NCBI GenBank assembly: GCA_036520715.1
Contig: DATDJF010000353.1
Location: 55-64,054 of the forward strand
Direction of reading: 5' to 3'
Length of the DNA: 64,000 bases
Source: Burkholderiaceae bacterium
GTDB taxonomy: Bacteria; Pseudomonadota; Gammaproteobacteria; Burkholderiales; Burkholderiaceae_C
Part shown: piece by piece, positions 63,924 through 64,000 of the stretch
Layout of the letters: each line of letters starts with the position of its first letter
Position numbering within the stretch: the first letter of the stretch is position 1
Notes under the pieces: generated by a model
What the model was told of the DNA's origin: nothing
Databases searched by the model: none
What the model saw: only the letters and a program-made list of their open reading frames with translations
Program-made: the position numbers and the translations under genes

Positions 63924-64000
63924 ATGACGCACAAAGCCCTCGAGATCATCCGTGGGGAGCATGCCGCGCTGTCGGCGATGCTGCGCTCGATCCTGCTGCT
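63924..64000 (+). CDS. hemerythrin-like domain protein, 5' end only (continues past window end)
   Basis: MTHKALEIIRGEHAALSAMLRSILL resembles the N-terminus of HHE/hemerythrin-domain proteins. Only 25 codons are visible. Confidence 0.45.
   Translation, partial: MTHKALEIIRGEHAALSAMLRSILL

Overview
High-GC (by eye about 65-70%) chromosomal segment. Gene content and protein style look betaproteobacterial, Burkholderiales-like; that placement is inference only. All calls come from reading the ORF translations for family motifs and from start/stop geometry. No database search was run. About 55 genes are densely packed and mostly housekeeping or carbohydrate metabolism. In order: an acyl-CoA synthetase N-terminus with a GNAT gene; the trehalose locus (otsB, otsA, divergent GH15); a cNMP/CBS/DUF294 nucleotidyltransferase with a DEDDh exonuclease next to a DUF4212 plus SSS-family symporter pair; prfB with its programmed +1 frameshift; pepN; a PPi-type phosphofructokinase; a two-subunit molybdo-oxidoreductase; a GAF-PAS-GGDEF-EAL protein; and tRNA-Thr(CGU). 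The tRNA is followed by about 3 kb of more AT-rich, decayed-looking accessory DNA. Next comes a large maltodextrin/starch locus: malQ, malK-E-F-G, two lipoprotein alpha-amylases, a CBM41-only secreted protein and a maltoporin-like porin. Then follow glk, a divergent SDR plus glucokinase-RpiR/HexR fusion, and xylB-xylA-xylF-xylH with a half-size ATPase. Two secreted proteins (CRTAC1/ASPIC-UnbV type and PAP2/vanadium-haloperoxidase type) are translationally coupled to that ATPase. After a gene-remnant scar come an esterase-TRAP-TetR operon, an orphan roughly 790-aa lipoprotein/TM protein with a divergent LuxR-type regulator, and a hemerythrin-like 5' end. I found no CRISPR array, rRNA, transposase or integrase. 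The best candidates for something undescribed are: (i) the orphan membrane protein with its LuxR partner; (ii) the secreted CRTAC1 + PAP2 pair hitch-hiked onto the xylose transporter; (iii) the degenerate glucokinase-HexR fusion with TGTAG-N5-CTACA boxes; and (iv) the DUF294-exonuclease module. Many very long ORFs in the six-frame track are high-GC antisense artefacts and were rejected.
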